From assembly GCA_965218975.1 (NCBI GenBank), contig OZ244717.1, forward strand, positions 1,824,001 to 1,888,000: 64,000 nt of DNA, in the 5' to 3' direction. The notes under the pieces were generated by a model. The model made no database searches and was not told the DNA's origin. It worked only from the letters and a program-made list of their open reading frames with translations. This document shows positions 20,113-29,712 of this stretch, one piece after another. Both the position numbers and the translations under genes were made by a program. Origin of the DNA: Candidatus Oxydemutatoraceae bacterium. GTDB lineage: Bacteria > Pseudomonadota > Gammaproteobacteria > Poriferisulfidales > Oxydemutatoraceae. Within the stretch, counting starts at the first letter, position 1; each line of letters opens with the position of its first letter.

Positions 20113-21015
20113 ATGTGCCCGCATTCGGAAACGCCATTATCGACACCCACCGCCGACCAAGCGCCGAATCAATCCGCGCGGCGCTATCCGGTCAGCGGCG
20201 GCGGACTCGGTCTGCGGCGCGATTTGCTGAATGAATTGGAAACCCGTCCGGCAGAAGTATCTTTTGTGGAAGCCGCACCTGAAAACTGGATCAATATCGG
20301 CGGCAAGGTCCGCGAACGCTTTGACCGGCTCGTTGCGCATTATCCGCTCATCTGCCACGGCTTGTCTTTGTCTTTGGGAGGGCCGACTGCACTGGACACA
20401 TCGCTGCTGAAACAGATTAAAATTTTTCTGGATACGCATCAAGCACGTTATTACAGCGAGCATCTCAGTGCTTGCACCGGAACAGGCCATCTTTACGACT
20501 TGATGCCGGTCCCGTTTACCGACGATGCAGTCGATTATGTCGCCGCGCGCATCAGGCAGACGCAGGATATTCTCGAACGTAAAATCGCGATCGAAAATAC
20601 ATCGGCTTATCTTGCGCCCGGCAATGAAATGCCCGAAATTGATTTCCTCAATAAAACGCTTGAATCCGCCGATTGCAAACTGCTTTTAGACGTCAACAAC
20701 GTCTATGTCAATTCGGTGAACTTCAACTTTGATCCGATCGCATATCTGCATTCCTTATCTGCCGACCGTATCGCATACTGCCATATCGCCGGGCATAGCG
20801 ACGAAGCCGAAGATTTAATTGTCGATACGCACGGTAGCGACATCATCCCGCCGGTTTGGGATCTGTTGGATGAAACATATAAACGGTTCGGGGTCATCCC
20901 GACACTGCTGGAACGGGATTTCAATTTCCCGCCTTTTGCCGACTTGCTCAAAGAATTGCGCATGATCAATCGATATCAGCAAAGATATTCAACGGCGCCG
21001 CGGCATGCTTCTTGA
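20113..21015 (+). CDS. DUF692 / multinuclear non-heme iron oxidase (MNIO; HvfB/BufB/MbnB-like)
   Basis: GLGLRR, EAAPENW, HGLSLSLG, SEHLS, IAIEN, LLDVNNVYVNSVN, HIAGH, IVDTHG, TLLERD. Confidence 0.92.
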   Translation: MCPHSETPLSTPTADQAPNQSARRYPVSGGGLGLRRDLLNELETRPAEVSFVEAAPENWINIGGKVRERFDRLVAHYPLICHGLSLSLGGPTALDTSLLKQIKIFLDTHQARYYSEHLSACTGTGHLYDLMPVPFTDDAVDYVAARIRQTQDILERKIAIENTSAYLAPGNEMPEIDFLNKTLESADCKLLLDVNNVYVNSVNFNFDPIAYLHSLSADRIAYCHIAGHSDEAEDLIVDTHGSDIIPPVWDLLDETYKRFGVIPTLLERDFNFPPFADLLKELRMINRYQQRYSTAPRHAS

Positions 21016-21785
21016 TGCCGCGCGATTTTCAAACAATACAACTGCAACTTGCCGAACACCTGCGCGATCCGGAAAACAATCCTCCACCCAAGGGACTGGA
21101 ACCGAGACGGCTGGCAATCTATCGCCGCTTATTTTTTAACAATATCGTAAACTTTATTACAAAAACTTTTCCGGTATTAAACAAACTTTATACTGAAAAA
21201 GAATGGCGGCGTCTCGCGCGGTCGTTCTACGCCGGTTATACCAGTCACTCGCCGTACTTCGCGGATATTCCAAAATCTTTTGTCGAGTATCTGAGCGGGC
21301 ATCATAAAATGGAAGAACATGACCCGCCTTTTCTGGTGGAATTGGCCCACTACGAGTGGGCGGAGTTCGCATTGTCGGTCGCCGATCAAACAGTTGATTG
21401 GCAACGGGTTGACCCGAACGGAGACTTGTTTGATCGCTCGCCGCTCTTATCTCCGCTCGCTTGGCGTTTCACTTACCGTTGGCGCGTACATCAAATCAGC
21501 CCGCAATCTCGTCCGCAAACGCCGAATATAAGGCCTACTCATTTAATTCTATGCCGCAGGCGCGACGGTAAAGTGCATTTTATTTTAATCAACGATACGA
21601 CCGCCGCTTTGTGCGAGGAATTGGGGAAAAAACCGGCGCAAACCGGTCGGCAGTCGATAGAAAATATCAGTAAAAAACTTGGCTTGCCGCGAACGCGAAT
21701 GACACTCGAAAACGGCTTGGACTTGTTGGAAAACATGCGCCGCAAGGAAGTGATACTTGGCACCGCTAAGATTGAAACCGGTTGA
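21015..21785 (+). CDS. DUF2063 / HvfC-BufC-like MNIO partner protein
   Basis: FQ..LAEHLRDP, RRLAIYRRLFFNN, FPVL, HSPYF.DIP.SFV.YL, FL.ELAHYEW.E; TGATG coupling to the DUF692 gene. Confidence 0.88.
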   Translation: MPRDFQTIQLQLAEHLRDPENNPPPKGLEPRRLAIYRRLFFNNIVNFITKTFPVLNKLYTEKEWRRLARSFYAGYTSHSPYFADIPKSFVEYLSGHHKMEEHDPPFLVELAHYEWAEFALSVADQTVDWQRVDPNGDLFDRSPLLSPLAWRFTYRWRVHQISPQSRPQTPNIRPTHLILCRRRDGKVHFILINDTTAALCEELGKKPAQTGRQSIENISKKLGLPRTRMTLENGLDLLENMRRKEVILGTAKIETG

Positions 21786-22096
21786 GCGTTCGGCATCTAA
21801 AAAAGCGCGAACGATATGTCGGAAAGTCGCATGCGCCGATTTCGCAACCGGATTTTCTCCAACGACACAAGCCTCTCTAAGACGACACCGTCAATCCGAA
21901 AATCAGGCGCTTTTGTCGGATTTGACAAGTTATCCTGAACGGATGCCATTCTTATTGCGTTATAATCGAATCATGCGAGCGCTTGAGGCGATTGATGCTC
22001 ATAGCGGTTTACGGGTCGGCGCCTCATGATGTTTGACCCGCAGGGCGGAATTGCCGTCGGCGGCGTTGCTTGCGCTTTAGTTTGCCGAGGATAAAC

Positions 22097-22342
22097 ATGG
22101 AAATTACTTTAGAGACAATCTACCAACAACAACAAGAACTCAAAGCTGAATTTAAATCTGGGATTGGTCGGCTTGAAGACAAAGTTGACTCGGTAGAACA
22201 GCGACTCAACGACAAAATTGATTCGGAAGTGCAGAATATCTACAACCGGATTGATTCGGGAAAGACTTGGTTCGTTACTTTAACGATCTCAACCGTTTTG
22301 GTTGTGACCGCAATCATGACCACGTTTCTGAATATGCGGTAG
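22097..22342 (+). CDS. Small coiled-coil protein with C-terminal TM helix (Bdr/XhlA/DUF1640-like), 81 aa
   Basis: GAGGA SD before ATG 22097; RLEDKVDSVEQRLNDKIDS repeats followed by WFVTLTISTVLVVTAIM. Confidence 0.75.
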   Translation: MEITLETIYQQQQELKAEFKSGIGRLEDKVDSVEQRLNDKIDSEVQNIYNRIDSGKTWFVTLTISTVLVVTAIMTTFLNMR

Positions 22343-22462
22343 CCGGGCTCATTCGTTCCGGCAGGGATAGTGGGGTTTACTCTATAAAAGCGCACGGCAG
22401 GCGGATGCGTTTGTTAGTTTTCAGACATTCAATCAGTCGCACGGTAAGGAGAAACGATAACT

Positions 22463-24376
22463 TCTTGACTTCGTAGGTTTTGACCTTTGGGCAAAAAATA
22501 AATCCTTTATTATCATAGGGTTACCCGAACGCTGCCGAAAAACCCCATTGTAGTGCCCTCAGGCTTGTTTTCACTTGGATTTTAGGTTATCATTCGGGTC
22601 TATGTACTTGCGTGAAAAATATGATCCCGAACGCGGCCGCACTCGCTTGCAGATTGTGCGCTCCGTGCGCACTGCCGATGGTCCCCGTCAGCGTGTGGTG
22701 CGGCATATCGGCACTGCCGACAGTCCCGAGCAGCTTGCATCTTTGCGCAAGCTCGGCGAGGTCACCTTGGAAGAGCTGCGCCAAGCCGGTACAGCACAAC
22801 AGTCGCTGTTCACACCGAAGCAGTACGCGGACCTCGCAGCTGAGGCGCGGCTGGCACCACGTCTGGCGCGCTTCGGGGTAGATCTTGCCGAATGCCGTGA
22901 GGAGATGCGGCTGATGCTTGGGGTGCGCGAGGCGTTCACGCAGATTTATTCGCACCTGGGTTGGAACCAGGTGTTGGGTGCACGGCGTACGGCAGCCAAC
23001 CGCATTCTGCGCGAGCTGGTACTGGCGCGTATCGCGCAGCCGCAGAGCAAGCGCGCTACGGTGTGCGAGCTCGAACGAAGCGGCGTTTCGCTCAATCTCG
23101 ACCGGGTTTACCAGACTATGGACCACCTTGAAGAGGCGGTGATTGCGCGCATCCGGGAACAGTCTCATCAGGCGGCACAGAAGTTGTATGATCAGCCCCT
23201 CAAGGTGTTCTTCTTTGATTGCACGACCCTGTACTTCGAGAGCGAGCAAGAGGACCCGTTGCGCGCGAAAGGTTATAGTAAGGACGGCAAGCCGCACCGC
23301 TGCCAGGTGTTACTGGCACTGATGACGACCTGCGACGGTCTGCCGGTGGACTACGCACTGTTGCCGGGCAACACCTTTGAGGGCAAAACCTTGATGCAGG
23401 CAGTGACAAGTCTGCAACAGAGACATCCGGGTGCTGTATTTACAGTAGTGGCCGATGCGGCGATGCTGAGCCGTGAGAACCAGACATTCCTGCAGGAGCA
23501 GGGCTTGGCCTATGTGCTCGGCTATCGTCTCAAGTCGGCCCCGGCCAAGATCAAGCTGCAGGCGCTCAGTGCAGCAGACGATCAAGGCTGGCTCAAAACG
23601 CAGGACCTGCGTTACCGGATGATTCGCCACGAAGGCCGGCGGATCATAGTCACCTATTCACGCCGGCGCGCGCGCAAGGATCAAGAAGTTCGGGAGCGCA
23701 TATTGTCACAGTTGCGCCGGAAGTATCAACGCAGCGAGCGCCCGGCAGGTTTCGTGGCGCGCGGCTATGCCTGTTACTTAAGCTTCCCCGCAAAGGGCCG
23801 GGTTAAGATTGATGCGGCCAAGGTGACCGATGCGGCGCGTTGGGACGGCCTGCGCGCAATCATCGCACACGGCAACGAGGAGATGGCGCCAAAGGAATTG
23901 CTGTCGCAGTACCGTCGGTTGTGGGAAGTAGAACATTGCTTTCGCACCAACAAGCATGACCTTTGCATCCGCCCGATCTTTCACTGGAAGCCGCGGCGTA
24001 TCCAGGCACACATTGCGATCTGCTACATGGCCTTCTGCTGCTTGCAGCAGCTGCGCCGGCGGCTTAAGGCACTGGGCTTCCCGATGAGCGCGGAACGGAT
24101 CCGGCGCGAGCTCGACACCTTGCAGTTGAGCATCTTGGTATGTACCGACACACAGAAGCGGTATGCGATGCCGAGCCGCGCGAGTGCGGACGCCAATAGG
24201 ATCTACCGTAGTGTCGGCCTGAAATGGAACGAAGCTCCGTTCCCGCTTCCCGACAAGTCACGCCCTGGGGGAAGCTGAGCGCGGAGGGCTACAAACAACA
24301 CCGTAATGTAGTGCCCTTGAGAATCCTGAAGGCCATAATATCAATCACTTACGAGACAAAACCTACGAAGTCAAGA
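22463..24376 (+). mobile_element. IS1634-family insertion sequence, copy 1 (~1914 bp), 27-bp target duplication
   Basis: Terminal IR TCTTGACTTCGTAGGTTTTG / CAAAACCTACGAAGTCAAGA; flanking direct repeat GTCGCACGGTAAGGAGAAACGATAACT at 22436..22462 and 24377..24403. Confidence 0.93.
22575..24278 (+). CDS. IS1634-family DDE transposase
   Basis: FFDCTTLYFES, GYSKDGK..RCQV, PGNTFEG, VVADAAM, YRRLWEVEHCFR..K..L.IRPIFHW...RIQAHIAIC. True start may be ATG 22602. Confidence 0.93.
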   Translation: MDFRLSFGSMYLREKYDPERGRTRLQIVRSVRTADGPRQRVVRHIGTADSPEQLASLRKLGEVTLEELRQAGTAQQSLFTPKQYADLAAEARLAPRLARFGVDLAECREEMRLMLGVREAFTQIYSHLGWNQVLGARRTAANRILRELVLARIAQPQSKRATVCELERSGVSLNLDRVYQTMDHLEEAVIARIREQSHQAAQKLYDQPLKVFFFDCTTLYFESEQEDPLRAKGYSKDGKPHRCQVLLALMTTCDGLPVDYALLPGNTFEGKTLMQAVTSLQQRHPGAVFTVVADAAMLSRENQTFLQEQGLAYVLGYRLKSAPAKIKLQALSAADDQGWLKTQDLRYRMIRHEGRRIIVTYSRRRARKDQEVRERILSQLRRKYQRSERPAGFVARGYACYLSFPAKGRVKIDAAKVTDAARWDGLRAIIAHGNEEMAPKELLSQYRRLWEVEHCFRTNKHDLCIRPIFHWKPRRIQAHIAICYMAFCCLQQLRRRLKALGFPMSAERIRRELDTLQLSILVCTDTQKRYAMPSRASADANRIYRSVGLKWNEAPFPLPDKSRPGGS

Positions 24377-24415
24377 GTCGCACGGTAAGGAGAAACGATA
24401 ACTTCTGTCATTTGT

Positions 24416-25834
24416 TCAATCGTGCCTCACGGACGCACGGCATTCCTTATGCGGCGTAAACCAACTTAATCGTTGGCGACATTTCACTACGTCGCCGATG
24501 ATAAGTAATGTGGGCGGAACGACTCTTCGCATTCCCACTTGCGCCGCAAGTTCGGCAACCGCACTCACGACCACTTGCTGTTGTTGAGTCGTACCTTTGG
24601 CAATCAACGCCGCCGGCGTGTCAGCAGCAAGACCGTGCGCGACTAGTTGAGCGCAAATCTGATCCAAACCTTGCAATCCCATGTAAAAAACAATCGTCTG
24701 TTTATCGGCTATCAGCGCCGACCAATTCAGATCAATGCTGCCGTCGCGTAAATGGCCTGCGGCAAAAATACACGAGTGCGCATAATCACGATGTGTCAGA
24801 GGAATCCCCGCATACGCGGCGCAGCCTGAAGCAGCAGTGATGCCGGGCACAATTTGAAACGTGATGTTCTCCTGCGCCAAACGATTGATTTCTTCACCGC
24901 CGCGGCCGAAAATTAACGGGTCGCCGCCTTTCAAACGCAGCACTCGGAAGCCTTTGCGCGCATATTTCACAAGCAGGCGATTGATGTCTTCTTGCGGAAT
25001 CGTATGCTTGCCGCGTTCTTTGCCTACATAAATTTTTTCCGCATCGCTACGCAATAGTTCAAGAATGGGCGGAGAAACCAAACGGTCGTACAACACCACG
25101 TCGGCTTGTTGCATCAGGCGCAGCGCTTTGAACGTCAGCAAATCGGGGTCGCCGGGGCCGGCGCCGACTAAATACACTTCGCCGACCGCTTCGGGGCGGG
25201 CGATTTTCCGCTCCAGCATCTTTTGCAGCAATGCTTCGGCGGCAGCAACCCGATTTTCAAAAACCAAATCGGCGACCCGACTGCGCAAAACTGTTTCCCA
25301 AAATAATTTACGTTCGGCGGACGCAGCGAACGTTTGCTTCACTCGGTCGCGGTAGTCTCCGACCAAAGCGGCCAGTTTGCTGTAATTATTCGGGGTGCAG
25401 TTTGCCAAATGCTTGGCCAAGGACCGGGCGAGCAGCGGCGATGCGCCGCCGGTGGTCACGGCAATTTGCATCGGCGGGCGGTGGATGGTCGTCGGAAAAA
25501 TAAAATCGCTGTCGTCAACTCCGTCGACATTGTTAAACAGGATGCTGCGCTTGCGGCAATGTTCGCCGATTTCGAGATTCAACCGCGAGTCGTCGGTCGC
25601 CGCAATGACAAAGAAAGCATTATCAATGTCTGTTTCTTGGTAGTCGCGTTCCTGCAAAGTAATCGTCCGATGCTTGCTCAGCAGATATAACGCGTCGGAG
25701 CATCTGCGGGCAACCACTTTAATTCTCATACCGGCACGATTTAACAGACGAATTTTGCGCAAAGCGACGCTGCTGCCGCCGATAACGACCGCAAGCCGGT
25801 TATGACATTTCAGAAATATCGGCAAAAATTCCAT
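24416..25834 (-). CDS. cysG: Siroheme synthase
   Basis: N-terminal dehydrogenase/chelatase region (FLPIFL, VIAATDD, GGASP) plus methyltransferase region VYLVGAGPGDPDLLT, RLKGGDP, PGITAA, THRDYA. Confidence 0.95.
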   Translation of the reverse strand: MEFLPIFLKCHNRLAVVIGGSSVALRKIRLLNRAGMRIKVVARRCSDALYLLSKHRTITLQERDYQETDIDNAFFVIAATDDSRLNLEIGEHCRKRSILFNNVDGVDDSDFIFPTTIHRPPMQIAVTTGGASPLLARSLAKHLANCTPNNYSKLAALVGDYRDRVKQTFAASAERKLFWETVLRSRVADLVFENRVAAAEALLQKMLERKIARPEAVGEVYLVGAGPGDPDLLTFKALRLMQQADVVLYDRLVSPPILELLRSDAEKIYVGKERGKHTIPQEDINRLLVKYARKGFRVLRLKGGDPLIFGRGGEEINRLAQENITFQIVPGITAASGCAAYAGIPLTHRDYAHSCIFAAGHLRDGSIDLNWSALIADKQTIVFYMGLQGLDQICAQLVAHGLAADTPAALIAKGTTQQQQVVVSAVAELAAQVGMRRVVPPTLLIIGDVVKCRQRLSWFTPHKECRASVRHD

Positions 25835-25836
25835 AG

Positions 25837-26379
25837 TTATTTCAGGTAGACGCCGATGACGGCAAGCTCTATATCGGCAAACGATTCTCTTAACCAGCGA
25901 TGCAGCAAATAGCGAACAAAGCTTTCATATCCGTCCGCGACCGGCCTCTTATGTATCTGCGACAACTCCAAGTTCATCTGCAATCGACTCGGTTGATAGT
26001 GCCGCACCAATGCGGTATGCGCATCTTGCGCGGTCGGCCGTACCGCCGGAATATTATAGGCGGTATGGTGCAAAGAGATAATCCGCACTTGCGAAAATGC
26101 CGCTTTTAACTTGTGCATGATCGTATCGGTCGCGGCTTGAGCGACAAACCGGCAAATAGTCTCAAACACATCAATTGACTGTCGGGCCACCGCACCTTCG
26201 GCAAACAAATATTCAAGCGCCGGGTAGTAACCCAAAGATTGTTGCCGCTCGTAACCGATTACCGCATCCGCAATCAAAGAAATCAACCGATGCGGATGAA
26301 ACGGCAAAACTTCGCGGAAAAGATCATCATGCACCTCAAATGACATTGAGACCACAATGTTATAATGATGCAGCGGCAC
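25837..26379 (-). CDS. Hypothetical protein co-transcribed with dsrS-like gene and cysG
   Basis: 180-aa ORF tightly packed in the operon; LGYYPALEY segment; no family recognised. Confidence 0.7.
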   Translation of the reverse strand: MPLHHYNIVVSMSFEVHDDLFREVLPFHPHRLISLIADAVIGYERQQSLGYYPALEYLFAEGAVARQSIDVFETICRFVAQAATDTIMHKLKAAFSQVRIISLHHTAYNIPAVRPTAQDAHTALVRHYQPSRLQMNLELSQIHKRPVADGYESFVRYLLHRWLRESFADIELAVIGVYLK

Positions 26380-26419
26380 TTAAATTTCAAGTTTTAATAG
26401 CGGAATTGAGCGTGGCAAG

Positions 26420-27511
26420 CTAATTGAAAATCGGCTCGGTAATCGGCACGATTTTCTTACGCATCACACTGCCGATCGCATCGGTCAAACCGAATACCGG
26501 GTCAAGTAAAGATACGTTGATCAATGCTAGCGCAATCATCGCTTCGACTTGCTCGCGATACTGCGGCAATAAATCCGCCAAGCCGTCGGGCATTAACGCA
26601 TCGGAGGATAAGGCTCGGCTATCCGCGCGCAACGCTTCAATTTCACGATAATTCGCGCTGTGAATCATCCACTCCGCAAAGTAACGGCGAATCGCCTGAA
26701 GCAAGTAAATCAGCGTGTTTTGGTCGCTTGATCTACGTAAAGCTTCGGCAACGGTATAAAGAAACTTCTGTCCCGATGCCGACAATAATTTTAATAAATA
26801 GCGCGCCGTCGGCTGCCGTTCTGCTACTGAATTCAGGATTGATTTAATCGCGAAAAAATCCGGATGCGGTTGTCCCGCCATCGGCAAACGATCCGGCATC
26901 GCAAGTAAAAAACCAACCAAATATGCGTTGTTGCGCTTGCCTTTGTTCCATAAATCATCGCACACTTCATCCGCAACCGAATGATGAGACAACGCTAAAC
27001 GCAGCGAATCGATCACATCGCAGGAATGCGTTTCGAATGGCAAAAACTCGATCAAAAATTCGGCCAGCGCCGGCCCCATATCGCTGTCGGCAATCGCTTG
27101 CGATTCCAACATCCGTCGAGCATTCTCCGCGCTCGGTTCGACCCACCACGCATAACGCGCCAACTCACTGCTTAAATTCTCGGCGTACACGACCGCTGCC
27201 AACGCCTCAGGTTCTCCCAGCAACAACAATTTTCTCAAGCGATCTTCATTGCGCGCTTGCCCGCTGCGCATCCAGCGTTTTAGATACAGCGGATAAGCGC
27301 CCGACGACCCCAATACGTGTGCGGATAACGCTGCGCGCAAATATTTAAGGTACGCTTCATCCTTGACGGTGGGATTCAGTTGAAATCGGACTTCACCCTC
27401 ATCCAGCAGAGCGAGAACAGCCATTGCGGATTCGTCAATACGGATTGCGCGCAGATTTTTCGCAAGCAACACATTCAAACGCAGAGCGTCTTCCGGACTG
27501 AGGCGGCGCAT
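26420..27511 (-). CDS. Probable DsrS-like protein of sulfur oxidisers
   Basis: N-terminus LSPEDALRLNVLLA..LRAIRIDES and LLLLGEPEA..AVV resemble DsrS as recalled; ~360 aa; upstream of cysG. Confidence 0.6.
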   Translation of the reverse strand: MRRLSPEDALRLNVLLAKNLRAIRIDESAMAVLALLDEGEVRFQLNPTVKDEAYLKYLRAALSAHVLGSSGAYPLYLKRWMRSGQARNEDRLRKLLLLGEPEALAAVVYAENLSSELARYAWWVEPSAENARRMLESQAIADSDMGPALAEFLIEFLPFETHSCDVIDSLRLALSHHSVADEVCDDLWNKGKRNNAYLVGFLLAMPDRLPMAGQPHPDFFAIKSILNSVAERQPTARYLLKLLSASGQKFLYTVAEALRRSSDQNTLIYLLQAIRRYFAEWMIHSANYREIEALRADSRALSSDALMPDGLADLLPQYREQVEAMIALALINVSLLDPVFGLTDAIGSVMRKKIVPITEPIFN

Positions 27512-27515
27512 ACGG

Positions 27516-28682
27516 TCAATTCAAGCGGATACGCTGCCCCCACGGCGCTTCTGCTTTGCCTTTCACCAGCCACAATACCGGATAAGGCGGTGACCTAGGG
27601 GGAAACTTCGCTTGCGCATCAGTTAAATATATAAGTACGTCGGGCAACACATCGCGCGTTTCAACCCAGTCGAATACCGGTTTAAAACTGGTTCCGCCGC
27701 CGCCTCGCACCGCCGCAGGCAGCGTTACTTCCTCCCAAGGTGCATAAATCCACGGTGCGCCGTCGGCAAGGCGATTATCGCATGCCAGCAGAGTGATACG
27801 CGCGCGAATAAACGATTTAATCGCACTAATCTCAGATAAAAATTCTTGCATTTCGCAATCGTGAATCGAACCGCTGACATCCACGGCGGCGGCGACGTCG
27901 CTCTGGTGACTGCGCAGGCTCGGAAAAATCGCCGAACCATCGCGGCGGTTATTCGGTCGCGAGTAGTCGTAATTATCCCGCGCGGTCAAATGCAAATGAT
28001 GCGCAAGCAGCTGTCGCCACGGCAATCTTGGGCGGATGGAAGCGTTGATTAAACGCCCCATTGTCGCGCTAAATCGTCCGGCTTGCTTAGCGTACCGCGC
28101 GGCGCTGGCAAGGCGCTCTTGCCAGCGCAATTCAAGCTCGAAACGAGACTGCGGCGATAACGGCGGCGGCTTATCGGAATCGGGGTCACCGTTATCCCAG
28201 ATGTGTTCATCAAGCAAGGGTGCATCGGTCAACGTATCCAAGCACGTATAAATTTCTTCGGCGCTCATGTCGTCAAACATTTTGGCAAAAAGTATCTCTC
28301 GCGGATGCGGCAATCCTTCTTTGACCAAGATGCCGTTCACCGCATAATCGCAAGCAATATCCCATCGCCGCTCAATGCGGTGACCGTGTCTCGCAAAATG
28401 CCCCAACGCACAGTGCAGCGATTCATGCGCAAATACGAACCGCACTTCTTCATCGCTCAGTCGATCAATATATTCCGAATTGTAATAAAATTTCTCGGCA
28501 TCGGTTGCGGTCGTGCGGCACCAGTTCGCTTCTTGCCAATCGAGGCGCAATACCAACACGCCGAGAAAAGGATAATCCAAAATCAGATGAGCGCGCGCCG
28601 CACTCAAACGCTCGTATATATCTTGCTGTTTTCCGCCGAACGACATTAGCTTAGCATTAAGTCGGAAACCGAATCCGCCCAA
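27516..28682 (-). CDS. DUF2201-type metallopeptidase plus VWA-like domain protein
   Basis: TTATD, AHESLH (HExxH), IACDYAVN, AVDVSGSI (MIDAS), GGGGTSF.PVF, YLTD. Confidence 0.88.
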   Translation of the reverse strand: MGGFGFRLNAKLMSFGGKQQDIYERLSAARAHLILDYPFLGVLVLRLDWQEANWCRTTATDAEKFYYNSEYIDRLSDEEVRFVFAHESLHCALGHFARHGHRIERRWDIACDYAVNGILVKEGLPHPREILFAKMFDDMSAEEIYTCLDTLTDAPLLDEHIWDNGDPDSDKPPPLSPQSRFELELRWQERLASAARYAKQAGRFSATMGRLINASIRPRLPWRQLLAHHLHLTARDNYDYSRPNNRRDGSAIFPSLRSHQSDVAAAVDVSGSIHDCEMQEFLSEISAIKSFIRARITLLACDNRLADGAPWIYAPWEEVTLPAAVRGGGGTSFKPVFDWVETRDVLPDVLIYLTDAQAKFPPRSPPYPVLWLVKGKAEAPWGQRIRLN

Positions 28683-29686
28683 GGAACGAACTGCGGCACC
28701 GCAAACAAATCTTGCCCTAAAATACGATACAAATCAACGACCATCATCACCGCCATTTCTTTATGCGAGAAGCGGTGCGCATAATCCAAAATATGCCCAC
28801 AAGCTTTGATGCCGCACAGCTGCCGCTTGACTCGCATCATCTGTCCGACCAATGCGCTGGCAATCGCATACTGTAAATCTATCTCTTCGGGAACCGCAAC
28901 TTCCGCACCGGGTAAAATTGCCGACAAATCAGGCATCTTATCGGCATTTTCAATAAAAGCAGGCAATTCGATACCGGACGCTTTGCCGACACAGGCTTGG
29001 AGCGCGGACAATAAAAATGCCGGCTGATCGCCAAACTTGCGCAACGCACGGTCGGCAAACTCCCATGAACGCGGGGGCGGAAAGGCGACCGGGTTTTGCT
29101 GCGAGTCGAAATCGAACAAGAGACCGGAACGGAACCTTAGAAAACTGATAATTCGTTCGTCAATTCCATAATCAAACGCCCATACGACCCAATCGTCAAG
29201 ATGCACGTCTATTTCAAAATGCGAAAACCGATTTGCCAAAGGCGACGGCATCGTATAAGTAATCCCGCAATCGCCTTCACGATTTCCCGCGGCAAAAATA
29301 GCCCATCCGTCGGGGACCGCATAACTACCCAAGCGACGATCAAGAATTAGTTGATAAGCGGCAGTGGAAACGTTCGCCGCCGCCGAAGTGATTTCATCCA
29401 AAAATAAAATGCCTGCCGCACCGTGTCGTTCGGCATTAGGCAGCATCGCAGGCGGCGCCCACTCAACCACGTCGCCGCAACGAAACGGGATGCCGCGTAA
29501 ATCGCTCGGTTCCATTTGCGATAAACGAACATCCGATACCGGACAATGATACCGCACCCCGACTTGCATGACAATTTGCGATTTGCCGACACCTGGGGGA
29601 CCCCAAATCATCACCGGCGTATGCTGCCGTTCGGCAGCCCCGGAAAATTCCTTGCTGAGAATTTCAAAAAGATGGCTCGGACGCAT
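28646..29686 (-). CDS. MoxR-like AAA+ ATPase
   Basis: Walker A GPPGVGKS, DLRGIP, Walker B ILFLDE, AAGNR, LANRF, PRSWE. Confidence 0.9.
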   Translation of the reverse strand: MRPSHLFEILSKEFSGAAERQHTPVMIWGPPGVGKSQIVMQVGVRYHCPVSDVRLSQMEPSDLRGIPFRCGDVVEWAPPAMLPNAERHGAAGILFLDEITSAAANVSTAAYQLILDRRLGSYAVPDGWAIFAAGNREGDCGITYTMPSPLANRFSHFEIDVHLDDWVVWAFDYGIDERIISFLRFRSGLLFDFDSQQNPVAFPPPRSWEFADRALRKFGDQPAFLLSALQACVGKASGIELPAFIENADKMPDLSAILPGAEVAVPEEIDLQYAIASALVGQMMRVKRQLCGIKACGHILDYAHRFSHKEMAVMMVVDLYRILGQDLFAVPQFVPWADSVSDLMLS

Positions 29687-29712
29687 CGGAGTGAACTTCT
29701 TTGTTTCTAGTG

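Noticed and set aside
22590-23297. 235-aa antisense ORF in both IS copies
   Set aside because: It is conserved only because the copies are near-identical; it has no recognisable motifs and is a transposase shadow.
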